Shown here piece after piece: positions 1-12,550 of a DNA stretch of 64,000 nucleotides (the first letter of the stretch is position 1; every line of letters starts with the position of its first letter). Origin of the DNA: Torpedo marmorata (Eukaryota); contig OZ360220.1 in NCBI GenBank assembly GCA_977017645.1, forward strand, positions 138,694,001-138,758,000. The letters run 5' to 3'. Under the pieces are notes generated by a model, which did not search any database, had not been told where the DNA came from, and worked only from the letters and a program-made list of their open reading frames with translations. The translations under genes were made by a program, and so were the position numbers.

Positions 1-1828
1 CGGTCAAAACACACAACCTTTTCATAGGCAAACTCTGTGTAAGATTGGGTTGCTGATCTTTTTAAATTTCTAAATTTCTGTCTATAAGCCTCTGGAACTA
101 ACTCATAAGCCTGGAGTATAGCCTTTTTCACCATTTCATAATCAGCAGCTTGCTCCGTGGTAAGAGTAGAATAAGCTTGCTGAGCTTTTCCTTTTATTAC
201 ACTTTGTAACATAAGAGACCATTGGTCTTGTGGCCATTTTAATTTCACAGCCACCTTCTCAAAATGTTGGAAGTACTTATCTATTTCCGCCTCCTCAAAT
301 GGAGGAACCAACCTAACTACTGGCCAAAAACTTCTCAACAGGACCACGAATTTGATCTTGGTGCTCTTCTTGTCTCCTCTCATTTTCCAACTTAATCTTT
401 TCCAGCTCATATTGCCTAATATTCTCCTCGTTCTCTAATTTCTTGTTCTCTGGCTGCCTCCAAGTCTAATCTCTTTTGTTCCAATTCCAATTTCTTTAGT
501 TCCAATTTGCTGTCTAATCTCTTTTGTTCCAACTGTATGTTTTCAGAAGGTTTTCACTTGGGAAACTGCTCTAACACGTTCTCCTCTAACTTTTTCCCTT
601 TTATATAGTATTTAGCAATTTTTCTCCCAATCTCCACCTTTTTCATTGATGGTTTTACAGAAGCAATGCCCAACTCTGTTGCTATAACCACTAACTGTTC
701 CTTTTTAGCCTTTTTTAAAGTATCAGGTTCAGGTGATTCCAAAAAATGTTCCACATCCATTGTTCCTGGTTTTTTGTTACACACACACAAGAGCTTTTAA
801 TTAGCTTTACAAAAGGAATGTCTTAAACCAGACTGGGTTTCCTTCAATTACCAAGGTGGAGCTTGATTCAATCCCGGACGAGCCCCCAATTTGTTACAAA
901 CTCAAAACCAGCAACGACAGAAGATGCAATGCAAAAGGGGTAAAATTGAAATTTATATTTATTAAAGACAATTAAACATATAATTTCTTAACAATTAACC
1001 CCACTATAAACTTCTATAAACACTATTCTTATATAAAGAGAGAGTGTGTGTGTGTGTAAAGCCGAGACCATTACAGTGTGTGCCCAACCTTCATGTAAAA
1101 ATGGAAAACCTTCTCCATAGCCCCAGGTCAGTCATAAAAATAAGTCAGTCCCAAAAATACAGTCCACAAAAATCACTCTTTATGTTCAGGGTCCAAATTC
1201 AGCTCTGTGCGCTGGCACAAAGGACTTCTTAATGAACGTTGGAGAGAGAGACAATGACTGTTTAAGCTTACGAATGCTTGGCCTGCTTTTCTTCCCTGAT
1301 GACTTTCCTTTTTGGTAGGTACATGAGGATTGCGATTCCAAATCAGTTTTGATTGAGGCGTATATTGGGATCTCACAGCCTGTCTCGCTGATCTCATGCC
1401 TGTTCTCCACGAAAGTTGCTTTAAATCAGGATTTTGCTGATTCAGAAGGCCATGTGCTATTTTCCCCAGTCTTTTACTGGAATGCACAAGCCTGGTTTTT
1501 GTGTTGTTGCTCTAGCCTTTTGCAACTCCAGACTGAATGCTTTTTGCAGAGATTTGCACCTGCTTTTGCAAAAGTGCAACAAAGTATCTTTCCACAGCCT
1601 GTCTCTCTCTGTGTGTCTCTCTCTCTGAGCACAATCAGTCCTGGGCAAGTTAACGCTTTCAGTACCCCTGGTCCCAGTGTGTACTCCAAAAGACGTCATC
1701 CTTCCTGCTGACTGTCCACAGTCCAAATGGTCAGTTATGGTCCATAACAATAGACTGTTGAAGACCAGGTTTCCTAGTGTCTATTCAAAGCTTTAAGGTA
1801 CTCTTTCACGATTGAGCTATTCATTACA
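1..1828 (-). mobile_element. Gypsy (Gmr1-like) LTR retrotransposon, 5' part: LTR, PBS and disrupted gag; continues past the window start
   Basis: The LTR ends ...TGTAACA at 892 on the minus strand. Its outer edge is 1749 or 1828 (uncertain). A PBS follows, then gag from the ATG at 760, interrupted by a stop, with downstream LVPPFEEAEIDKYFQHFEKVA...KGKAQQAY...AYELVPEAYRQKFR. Confidence 0.85.
871..888 (-). promoter_or_regulatory. Primer-binding site, tRNA-Pro type
   Basis: TGGGGGCTCGTCCGGGAT, 3 nt inside the LTR end. Confidence 0.9.
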
Positions 1829-2119
1829 ACTATTGGTTGCATAATGTGTCTAACATCCCCAGTAAATCACAGGTGAAGACTGTGTTGTATCCTCTGCAGA
1901 TGAAGTGGAGCACCATCATCTGGGGAGGGGCTGTTGAACTACGCAAAGATTCTGGACAGAAAAAAGCTGGAGTTGGTTTAGATAATGCAGGCATGAATTC
2001 ATCCCAGGACATTGTGAATAGAGGTGCTACAAGATGGTTGTCCATTTACCACTGTTTGTTGTGCAATTCCACTGCCTGTGATGAATTAAATATCTCGCAG
2101 AGAGTAGTTAGATCTTTCT

Positions 2120-2760
2120 GCATGGTTAAAGGTGGGTAAATCCCTGGGGCCTGATGATCTATCTCGGGCTGCTATCCGAGGCAAGGATAAATATTGTGGA
2201 GACCCCAACAGTAGCTGTCAAATCTTCTCTGGCCGCAAAAGTGGTGCCATATGAATGAAGGAGAAGGGCAGCAGACTGGTGATTCTAACATCAGTAGTCG
2301 AGAAATAATGGAAACATTTCTGAAGGACTGGATTAATCTGTAGGGATTGATCAGGATACCTAGTATGGCTTTGTTAAGGGGAGGTCCTGATTGACTATTT
2401 TGATTGAATTTTTTGTGTGTACTGTACTGCAGTTGATATGGTCCAGATGGACTTGAGTATGGCCCATTACAAGGTCCCAAATGGGATATTGATCCATCAA
2501 TTAAAAGCCCATGGAAATCTGGCCAATTTGACAAATTTGATCCGCATTTGGCTTGGTAATATAGACATTAGGAGATGGTTAAGGGTTGATTTTGTGCTGT
2601 GACCAGTGGTGCTCCTCAGAGACTGGTATTTGGATTTCTTGTATACATTAGCGATCTGGAGTGTCCACAATATGATAACTATAGTTATAGAGGACATGAA
2701 AATAGATCAATAATGTTGTGGATGTAGTCTTTGGTTACATGTTATTGATCAGTTAGCAAG
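2120..2760 (+). mobile_element. Highly decayed CR1 RT fragment
   Basis: Eroded similarity to the RT region of the CR1 copy at 4297-7899 (KSPGPD-like and HGFVKG...CLT.LIEFF-like remnants); boundaries approximate. Confidence 0.5.
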
Positions 2761-3040
2761 TCTGCGTCTGTGTGTTTCCCTCCTGTACATCTCACATCCC
2801 ATGAAGAAGCTTGACTTTTTTGAATTCTGATTAAAGCTGACATAATAAAGGCATTCCAAGCAAATGGTGTGGCAAGATTCATGACCAGTTTCCATGGTGA
2901 CTGATGTAATGCATTTGAGTCTCTGCATTTCAATTTCATCTTGAAGTACCATTGAAAACATAAAGCACGTCACTCTGTGTGAATGGAGGATATGCAGTGT
3001 ATTGGATTTAGTACTGAAGATTATTCCGTTTTTTAGCATT

Positions 3041-3094
3041 GAAATATCCAAGTGAGTAGAAATATCCAAGTGAGTAGAAATATCCAAGTGAGTA
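3041..3094. repeat. 18-bp tandem repeat x3 (GAAATATCCAAGTGAGTA)
   Basis: Three exact copies starting at 3041, 3059 and 3077. Confidence 0.95.
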
Positions 3095-3962
3095 GAACCA
3101 TAGAACATTACAGCACAGAAACAGGCCTCTTCGGCCCTTCTTGTCTGTGTCGAACCATTTTTTCTGCCTAGTCCCACTGACCTGCACCCAGTCCATAGCC
3201 CTCCATACCTCTCCCATCCATGTACCTGTCCAAATTCCTCTTAAATGTTAAAATTGAGCCCGCATTCACACTCTTCAGCTGGAAGCTCGTTCCACACCCC
3301 CACCACTCTCTGTGTAAAGAAGTTCCCCCCTCATGTTACCCCTAAACTTTTCCCCTTTCACTCTTAACCCATGTCCTCTGGTTTGTATCTCACCTACCCT
3401 CAGTGGAAAAAGCCTATCTACATTTACTCTGTCTATCCCCCTCATAATTTTAAATATCTCTATCAAATCTCCCCTCATTCTATTACGCTCCAGAGAATAA
3501 GGTCCTAACCTGTTTAACCTTTCCCTGTAACTCAGTTCCTGAAGTCCGGGCAACATCCTAGTAAATCTTCTCTGCACTCTTTCTATCTTATTGATATCTT
3601 TCCTATAGTTAGGTGACCAAAACTGCACACAATACTCCAAATTTGGCCTCACTAATGTCTTATACAACTTTAACATAACATCCCAACTCCTGTACTCAAT
3701 ACTTTGATTTATGAAGGCCAATATGCCAAAAGCTCTCTTTACAACCCTATCCACCTGTGACACCACTTTCAGGGAATTATGTATCTGTATTCCCAGATCC
3801 CTCTGTTCTACCGCACTCCTCAGTGCCCTACCATTTACCATGTATGTCCTTTCTTGGTTTGTCCTTCCAAAATGCAACACCTCACACTTGTCTGCATTAA
3901 ATTCCATCTGCCATTTTTCAGCCCATTTTTTCCAACTGGTCCAGATCCCTCTGCAAGCTTTG
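3095..3962 (-). mobile_element. CR1 LINE, 5'-truncated 3' fragment
   Basis: ORF 3275-3907 is the CR1 ORF2 C-terminus (MEFNADKCEVLHFG...LVRPNLEYCVQFWSP); tail ...GTGCTGTAATGTTCTATGGTTC. Confidence 0.93.
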
Positions 3963-4296
3963 ATGGAATCTTGCTATTTGTTTTGGTGATCTGATCATAC
4001 TGAGGATCACTTAACTATCAGTCCCTGCTGTGAACTGATGGAGGTTTCTTTCTTCCTTTGCAGCATTTTGTTAGTGAGCAGAAGTCTGGGTTGAAATGTG
4101 GACTGTGCCAAGCCCGAATGGTTTCTACATCTTGCTGCATGCAGGCTTCTCAGGAATTGGGAAGGGAAATAAACCTTGTGCAATTATCAGTAACAACTCA
4201 TGATGGAGGGTCATTGATGTTGGTTGGCTCTGGTCACTGCTTTGAGGAGCTCTCGCAGTGTTGTCCAGGAGCTAAGAGGATTGATTATCCAAACAA

Positions 4297-7200
4297 ATAC
4301 AATACTTGCCTTCCAGGTGCCAGGGTCAGGGACGTCTCTGATCGAGTTCACAGCATTCTCGAGGGGGAGGGTGAGCAGCCAGATGTCGTGGTCCACGTGG
4401 GGGCCAATGACATAGATAAGGAGTAAGGATGAGGTCCTGAAGAGGGAATATAGGGAGTTAGGAAAGAAGTTGAAAAGCAGGACCTCAAGGGTGGTAATCT
4501 CGGGATTGCTGCCTGTGCCATGCGCTAGAGAGGGTAGGGTTAGGAATAGGAAGTTGTGGCAAATGAATGTGTAGCTGATGAGTTGGTGCAGGGCGTAGGG
4601 GTTCAGATTTGTGGATCATTGGGATCTCTTTTGGGGAATGTCTGACCTGTACAAAAAGGACAGGCTGCACCTGAACTGGAAAGGGACCAATATCCTGGCG
4701 GGCAGGTTTGCTGGAGCTGTTTGGCAGGGGGGCGAGAACAAGAATGTGAGTGCAGAGAATAGGGCAGAAGGTCAAAAGCATGATGCTATGTGTTCTGAGT
4801 TTGTGAGGAAGGACAGGCAGGGGACGAAACATAAATGTAGTCAGTTAGAGGGTTTGAAATGTCTCTATTTCAACGCTAGGAGTATTGGGAATAAAGGAGA
4901 TGAACTTAGATCATGGATCAGTACGTAGAACTACGATGTTGTGGCCGTTACAGAGACTTGGCTAAAGGAAAGGCAGGATTGGCTGATGCAAGTTCCTGGG
5001 TTTAGGTGTTTTAAAAGGAATAGGATGGGAGGTGTGGCAGGGTGGGAGTAGCATTACTGGTCAGGGATAGTATCACGGCTATAGAAAGGGAGGACACTGC
5101 AGAGGGAGTCTCTACTGAGACGGTGTGGGTGGAAGTCAGAAATAGGAAAGGAGCAATCATTGTACTAGGAGTAGTCTTTAGGGCCCCAAATAGCCCTTGG
5201 GACACCGAGGAGCAGATAAGCAGGCAGATTTTGGAATGGTGCAGGAAATAGAGGGTTGTTGTTATGGGAGACGTCAACTTCCCTAATATTGACTGGCACT
5301 TCCTGACTGCAAGAGGGATACTGTAGATGGGGCTGAATTTGTCGGGTGTGTTCAAGAAGGATTCCTGACACAGTATGTGGACCAGCCGATGAGAGGAGAG
5401 GCCATATTGGATCTAATTCTGGGTTATGAACCTGGTCAAGTGGCAGACCTCTCAGTGGGGGAGCATTGTAGTGAGAATGACCACAGCTCCCTGAGCTTTA
5501 GCATAGCTATGGTTAAGGATAAAAGCAGAAAAAATGGGAAAGTGTTTAATTGGGGTAGGGCTAATTACGATGGGATGAGGCAGGAACTATCGAGAGTAAA
5601 TTGGAAACAGATGTTCAAGGGTGAAAGCACAGAACTAATGTGGAGGAAGTTTAGGGACCACTTGTGTTGGATTCAGAATAGGTTTGTTCCACTGGGACAG
5701 GGAAAAAGATGGTAGGAAAAGTGAACCGCGGTTGACGAAACAGGTGAGGCAGCTAGTGGGCAGCATGGTTGGCGTAGTGGTTAGCGCAACGCCTTTACAG
5801 CGCCAGCGATCGGGACTGGGGTTCGAATCCCGCGCTGTCTGTAAGGAGTTTGTACATTCTCCCCGTGTCTGTGTGGGTTTCCTCCGGGGGCTCCAGTTTC
5901 CTCCAACTGTTCGAAACATACCGGGGGTGTAGGTTAATTGGGTGTAAATTGGGCAGCACGGGCTCGTGGGCCGAAAAGACCTGTATGTCTAATTTTTTTA
6001 AATTAAAATTAAAAAATTTAAATTTAAGAAGAAGGAAGCATACATTAGATATAAGAAGCAGGAAACAGGAAGGACTCATGAGAAGTATATGGTAGCCAGG
6101 ATGGAACTTAAGAAAGGACTTAGGAGAGCTCGAAGGGGGCATGAGAAGGCCTTGGCATGTTGGATTAAGGAGAACCCCAAGGCATTCTATGCAAATGTGA
6201 AGAACAGAAGGATGATGAGAATGAAGGTGGGGCCTGGAGGTGGAGGTCCTAAATGAATACTTTGCTTCACTATTCACAAGGACCTTGATCAGGGTGAGGT
6301 CAAATAGAACAGATTTTTGTGCTGGACGATGTTGAAATTAAGAAAGAGGAAGTGTTGGAGCTTCTTAAAAACATTAAGATTGTTAAGTTCCCGGGGTTGG
6401 ACGCGCTATACCCCAGGTTGCTGTAGGAAGTGAGGGAAGAGATAGCTGGGGCAGTGGCTATGATTTTTGAGCCCTCTTTGGCCACAGGGGAGGTGCCAGA
6501 GGATTGGAGAATGACAAATGTAGTCCTTTGTTTAAAAAAGGTAATAGGGAGAATCCTTGGAATTATAGACCGGTGAGTCTTACGTCAGTGGTGTGCAAAC
6601 TATTGGAGAGGATGCTTAAGAATAGGATCTATGAGCATTTGGAGAAGTACAGTCTACTCAAGGATAGTCAGCATGGCTTTGTGAAGGGAACATCATGCCT
6701 CACGAGCCTAATTGAGTTTTTTGAGGAGGTAACAAAAGAAATTGATGAGGATAGGGTGGTAGATGTGGTCTATATGGATTTTAGTAAGGCATTTGACAAG
6801 GTCCCCCATGAGAGACTCGTTCAGAAAGTCATGAGGCATGGGATCCATGGAACCTTGGCTGTGTGGATAAAAAAATTGGCTTGCAGGTAGAAAGAAGAGA
6901 GTAGTAGTGGACAGAGAGCATTCTGCCTGGAGGTCAGTGACTAGTGGAGTTCCGCAGCAATCTGTTCTGGGACCCCTGCTCTTTGTAATTTTTATAAATG
7001 ACCTAGATGAAGAAGCGGAAGGATGGGTCAGTAAGTTTGCGGATGATACGAAGGTTGGAGGAATTGTGGATAGTGCTTAAGATTGCCGTAGGTTACAAAA
7101 GGATTTAGACTGAATGCAGAGTTGGGCAGAAAAGTGGCAGATGGAGTTCAATCCAGATAAGTGAGAGGTAATGCATTTTGGAAGGTCAAACTAAAAGGCT

Positions 7201-7899
7201 GAGTACAGGGTTAATGGCTGGATACTGAAGAGTGTGGAGGAACAGAGGGACCTTGGGGTCTAAATCAATACATCTCTCAAGGTTGCCGCGCAGGTTGATA
7301 GGATAGTTAAGAAGGCCTATGGGATGTTGGTCTTCATTAATAGGGAGATTGAGTTCAAGAGTCAAGAGATCATGTTGCAACTCTACAAATCTCTGGTGAG
7401 ACCACACTTGCAGTATTGTGTTCAGTTCTGGTCACCTCATTATAGGAAGGATGTGGAAGCTATTGGAGAGGGTGCAGAGGAGATTTACCAGGATGGGAAA
7501 ACAAATCTTATCAGGCAAGGTTAGCAGAGCTGGGACTTTTCTCTTTGGAGTGCAGAAATATGAGAGGAGACTTACAGAGGTCTTCATGATTATGGACAGC
7601 CAGTGCCTTTTTCCCAGGGCAGGAATAGCAAACACAAGAGGACATATGTACAAAGTGAAGGGAGGGAAGTTTAGGGGAGACATCAGGGATACGTTTTTTA
7701 TATATTCAGAGTTGTAGGTGCCTGGATGATGGTGGTGGAGGCTGAAACATTAGGGGCATTTAAGAGACTCTTAGACAGGCACATGGGTGGAAAAAAAATG
7801 GAGGCTTACAAGGTAGGGAGGGTTTAGTACTTTTTTTTTTAAAAAATGGTTTGACACATTGAGGTCTGTAGTGCCTGTACTGTGCTGTTCTATGTTCTA
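4297..7899 (+). mobile_element. CR1 LINE, long degenerate copy (ORF1 esterase, ORF2 endonuclease and RT)
   Basis: CLPGARVRDV/VVVHVGANDI (SGNH esterase), CLYFNARSI (APE endonuclease), NYRPVSLTS/VYMDFSKAFD and FADD (RT), GTTCTAT tail; many stops and frameshifts. Confidence 0.93.
5758..6025 (+). mobile_element. tRNA-derived V-SINE (HE1-like) nested in CR1
   Basis: A box TGGCGTAGTGG, B box GGTTCGAATCC, V-domain GAGTTTGTACATTCTCCCCGTGTCTGTGTGGGTTTCCTCCGG, AT-rich tail. Confidence 0.9.
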
Positions 7900-8223
7900 A
7901 TAATCTTTCCTGCTGTGACGTGACTGTATGGAGAGTTTCTCCTGATTCTCATGGTCTTCTGCTTTAGGGCTTTTGAATGTCACCCTCAATTAAGGACTCC
8001 CTTGATGTTAAGGGAAAACACAGGGCTTTGGAACATGAATGGACGAAGGCTGAAATGAACAGAGTTGAGCAGTGCTGGAGGAATATGGACTCGGCTTCAG
8101 CCATAGAACAGGGAATAGTCCTTGCGTCTGAACTGGAAGGTTGTTGGTCCTGCTGTGGAGATTTAATTTTGGACACATTGGTGGACAATTAGGATGGAAG
8201 GAGAACAGACCTGGGCAGTTTTT

Positions 8224-10290
8224 TTAAGGTTCAAGGTTCCTTTTACTGTCACGTAATACATTAAAAATGTAACATACTAAAATAAATTATCAAATTGGGA
8301 ATAAGGGGAGGTTATCTCCAAAAACACCCCTGGCTCAAAATAGGTGTATACCTTTTACAATGGATAATAAGATCCTGGACGCCTGGTCCCGGAAAGGGAT
8401 CAGATGTGTCGAGGATTGCTATGAGCAGGGACAACTTATGTCATTTGAACAATTAAAAAATAAGTATGGTATTATGAACAACACACTCTTCTGCTATTTC
8501 CAGCTGAGATCTTACTTAAGGGATAAATTGGGCCCATCAATGACCCTACAGTGAAGTGGAGACTTTGATTCGAAAGGGGATCACAAAGAAGTTTATTTCA
8601 ACAGCCTATCTTTTACTACAAAAAGGAACCCCTAAACAGGGGCTACATAGATCTAGACAGAGATGGGAGTCAGACTTGGATATAATAATTAATGAACAAA
8701 ACTGGTCCAACTTATGTTGGGACAGTATGAAAAACACAATAAATGTGAGATACAGACTGGTAAAATATAAATTTTTGCACCAGTTGTATCTCACGCCGCA
8801 AAAATTGAATAAATTTAAATCATAAATATCAGATAAATGTTTTAAATGCGGCAAAGAAATAGGAACGTTTTTACATTTAACCTGGTCATGCCCCAAAGTA
8901 AAATCTGGATGGACTTGGGGAAACTTTTGGAACAAATTACAGAAGTTCGGTTCCCACAACGCCCAGAATTATTCCTATTGGGCAATATCTCCGGCGTAAG
9001 ACCTAAGATGAGGCTGTCAAAATTTCAAATAAAATTTGTGAAGATCGCATTGGCAGTGGCCAGGAAATGTATAGCGGTCACATGGAAGTCTGATTCCCAT
9101 CTAGGTATGACAAGATGGAATGAGGAAATGTACAGTTGTGTTCCCCTTGAGAAGATTACCTATAATATTATAAATAGATATAGTATTTTTTTAAAGATTT
9201 GGACTTCATATTTACAACACATGGCTGTAAATCTATAACCAGGCCCCCCCTTCGCCTCCAGGACCTATGTCCATTGCCTCTTCAGAAATCCGAGTATGCC
9301 AAGTAATTTAAGCCTGCGGGGTGGACGACGAGCCTCCAACGTCTTCTTTCCTTTTCTATTTCAACCTTTTCTTATTCTATTCCTTTTTTTTTTCTTTCTT
9401 TTAGGGGGGAATTGGGTGGGTGGGTTTTCCTTTGTTTGTAATTTTGTTGTTTTTTAGTATAATAGTCAACAGACGAATATTATATTTGATGATGTATTAT
9501 TTTTGTTATTGATGTTTGGCTTTAAAAAATACAAATAAAATATTCAAAAAAAAAAGTAACATACATGATATACTTTAACTTTTGCCTGCCAAAAGGGAGA
9601 CAGAGTCACCATTAGTGTTGCCCGGCGTCCCTTACAGCAAGAGAAAGAGAAGCAAAAGCGAGTCCCTTCAGAGTCACTGAGTGCCCATAGATTCACCTCC
9701 AGTGTTCCCGCAGCCTCTGTAGCCGCCCAGACTTCTGTTTGTTTCATTGATAACTAGAGCTCCAGATCCAAATCACGGCACGATCAGGAAGCCTTCAGCA
9801 CCCGAGGCCCTTTGGGAACCCTTGTTGCCTTCAGCACCCTCTCGAATCCTGGCTCCAATACCTGGTTCCCATGAGGCAGTCTCCAGCAGCCCGTGTGGGT
9901 TCCCTGACTGCAAGTCACCAGCAGCCGCTAAGCCCCTTGCTGGTCTGCTGCCATGGTCACAGTCCTGTAGGGTCATCTCCTCTGCTTCACTTTCTCAATG
10001 GGGGGGGGGGGGAATGTTCTCCCAATTTCTGGTGCCCTGAACCAGTCCAGTGCAACCCCTCGTGGCCACTGCCGAGCTCAGACACCACCATCTTGGGCAC
10101 AGACTGCAGTTGCAGAATTTTACTTACAAACACAATCAGCTCCTTTAACAGGCCATTTAAAGCCTGTTCGGAGCTGATGGCATTAGGTCCAGACGGTTGA
10201 ATGCTTTGGAGCAACGCTGTGTCTCCACTCTCCCGGGACTGCACCAGTTGCAGCACTGCTGTTACAGCAGCTCTGGCAGTGCTGCTATTT
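8224..10290 (-). mobile_element. Non-autonomous retroelement (older copy of the family at 22039), split by an L1
   Basis: 5' end aligns by eye to 22039-22260; 3' tail GTGACAGTAAAAGGAACCTTGAACCTT. Confidence 0.7.
8278..9555 (+). mobile_element. L1 LINE, 5'-truncated (ORF2 C-terminus, 3'UTR, poly(A))
   Basis: RYRLVKYKFLHQLYLTPQKL and CFKC...FLHLTWSCP motifs; AATAAA plus A tail; TSD GTAACATAC at 8269-8277 and 9556-9564. Confidence 0.9.
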
Positions 10291-11059
10291 TTTGGATGGG
10301 GGACCATTAGAATTAGAGATGCATGGAGCCTCTTTCTGCCTGTGGAACAGATGACCCAAACAGCAGACTCATGGAGTGACAATTCCAGTTCCAATGGCTG
10401 TGCAGTAAGAAAAAGTTACACAATGGCAGTGGGCTAAGGTAAATGGTTAATGAATTAAATGAGACTGGCAGCTGGTGGATTTAAACCTATTTCACATGTA
10501 GTAAGTTTCCAATCTGATTCTTTTAACAGAATGGTAAAGTATGTAGTTGGCTTTCGAGGCATTGTAGAAAACTTGCAAAGTCAGAGATTTGGTGTGTTGT
10601 AATTCTAGGAGGCTGTGACCAGCAAGAGAGAAGATGAATTAATAAAATAGGACTTGCTTTCCATTGTGTGGCCTCTTGTGCAGAAATAACATGGGATTTG
10701 ATTAGGTGGTAGTATACGAGGTTAGTATTCAGTTATGAATAGACCTCAATCCTGTCCTGCAGTTCATGCAGTTAGAGGTGAAATACATGGAGAGGATGGA
10801 GAGATCTGCTAAAACCTTGGAATGACCCCTGTGCTAACTGAAACCAGAGTAAAGAACTATTACACATGAGGTAAGGGCAGCAAAGGGTTGGTAGGCCACA
10901 GGTCAGAGGGGAAGTAAACAGGCAATGTGTTGAATGAAAAGGCTTCCATAGGCAGTAGTGTACAGCCCAACTGATGGAAGAATGCAGTGACCAACAATGC
11001 CAGCCACCTGCCTTGACTGACTGGAAGCCACAAACAGCCTGAAGAGCAGATCTTGTTTG

Positions 11060-12170
11060 AAGCTGTATTCAATCTTCCCCCTTTTTATAATATACAAAAA
11101 TGTAACAAAGACAACACATCTCACCAGACACAAGCCATGGAGCAAACATCAACTGCATACAAATAACAAGTCAATATATTAGATCATATTCAACAGTAAG
11201 AAATTTACAATTCCACTCATTGATAAAATGTCTGTACACTGAATAAATATTGCCCCAGAAAAGATTCGTTTTTTTTTATACAAAACAAACTTTAAAAAAA
11301 AAATCACAGTTCCTTTGAAAATGAGTCATTAATTGCAAATAAAAAAATGTTTCGTATATCAGCCAAAGACTGGCTCAGATTTCAACTGTACAATTCTGTC
11401 CGTTCCAGCCTAACTCTTCACTTAGAATCATATTGTAATAATGAGTCATCCATCAACTGTTGGCCAAGTATTTCTGCATTGTTTCAAAGCCAGATGTCTT
11501 CCAAATCTGTGACATCTGGCCAAGAGATGCTGGGGCTGAATTCTCAGAACTCCCTGCAAGTTTTTTTGGATAAACTTTAGGATGGCTATATTACTGTGGT
11601 GCAAGCGATCTTTCTTGATGCTGGATGACTTCTAAAATGGGGAGCTCATTATGACTGCAAGTAGTTGGCGAGCCAGTGACAAGTGTTCTGTAACTGAAGG
11701 ACCAAGAGTTTCTGGATTTTGCTGAGATTTAGTGTTTTCTTTGCATTTTAATAACTTCTGATGTTCTGGGCAGAACCAGCATATCTACAGCTTACCCCTT
11801 GATTGGCAGATAATAGAAAGGCAGTTACGTCTTCATGTTCCCACCATTGCTCGAGGTGGATGAGCACGTCACTGAGCGCATGTTCTTCCGTGTACCATAA
11901 CTGGGCAGGACGCTTAATCTTCACAAGCCTGAAGAACAGGGTAAATCTGATGCCTGTTCCACATAGTTCTTTCTCATTCCATTGACCATTCAAATTTAAT
12001 GCCTTTCAGTCTCTCCAGTAAAATTGAATGGATGCTGGTAGTATGATACTTTTAGTAGTCCTAGTCACAAAATATTGCACATTTATCGGTAACACTGATT
12101 TTTTTTTTTATATACATATATACATACAAAACACAAGGGTGAATCCAGAAAACACTGGCAAAAGGAGGAG
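11060..12170 (-). other. RALGDS: Probable RALGDS 3' UTR
   Basis: AU-rich, apparently repeat-free sequence after the stop codon. It has variant poly(A) hexamers (ATTAAA at 11995-12000 and 11747-11752, TATAAA at 11084-11089). The 3' end is estimated. Confidence 0.55.
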
Positions 12171-12346
12171 CTAGAAGATGCTTTTTGTAATCTTCAGTCC
12201 TTTCTGTTTCATTCTGGGGAGAGTTGAGCTTGAAACGTGTTTTGGTTTTCCTGGTTTTGAGTGTCCCCTTTTTTTCAGCATAAAGTCATAGTTGACAGAT
12301 GAGTTCATGGCATAGAACACGTTGGCATTGTCAGGGATTTTCAGTT
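12171..12346 (-). CDS. RALGDS: RALGDS exon 18 (coding part, ends in TAG)
   Basis: (E)[26 protein letters not shown]...[18 protein letters not shown]. Confidence 0.96.
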
Positions 12347-12550
12347 CTGGTATTGAAAGAAAAAGTGTTTTAAGCACCCATTTTATTCAACCTTACTTAA
12401 TTTTATTACCTCTTCTCTGAAAATATTCTCTTTTGCTGTGGGTAATGTTCAGCACGAGATGAGCACCGTTTGTGTGCTGACCCTGATGGGCACTTTTACA
12501 GTGGGAGTCACCAGCATGCAACTGGGAAGAGAATCCAGCCTGTTTATAGT

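Noticed and set aside
3041-3094. CRISPR-like repeat
   Set aside because: No spacers, and the context is eukaryotic; it is a simple tandem duplication.
5758-5835. tRNA gene
   Set aside because: It is the tRNA-derived head of a V-SINE, runs straight into the V-domain and recurs in many copies.
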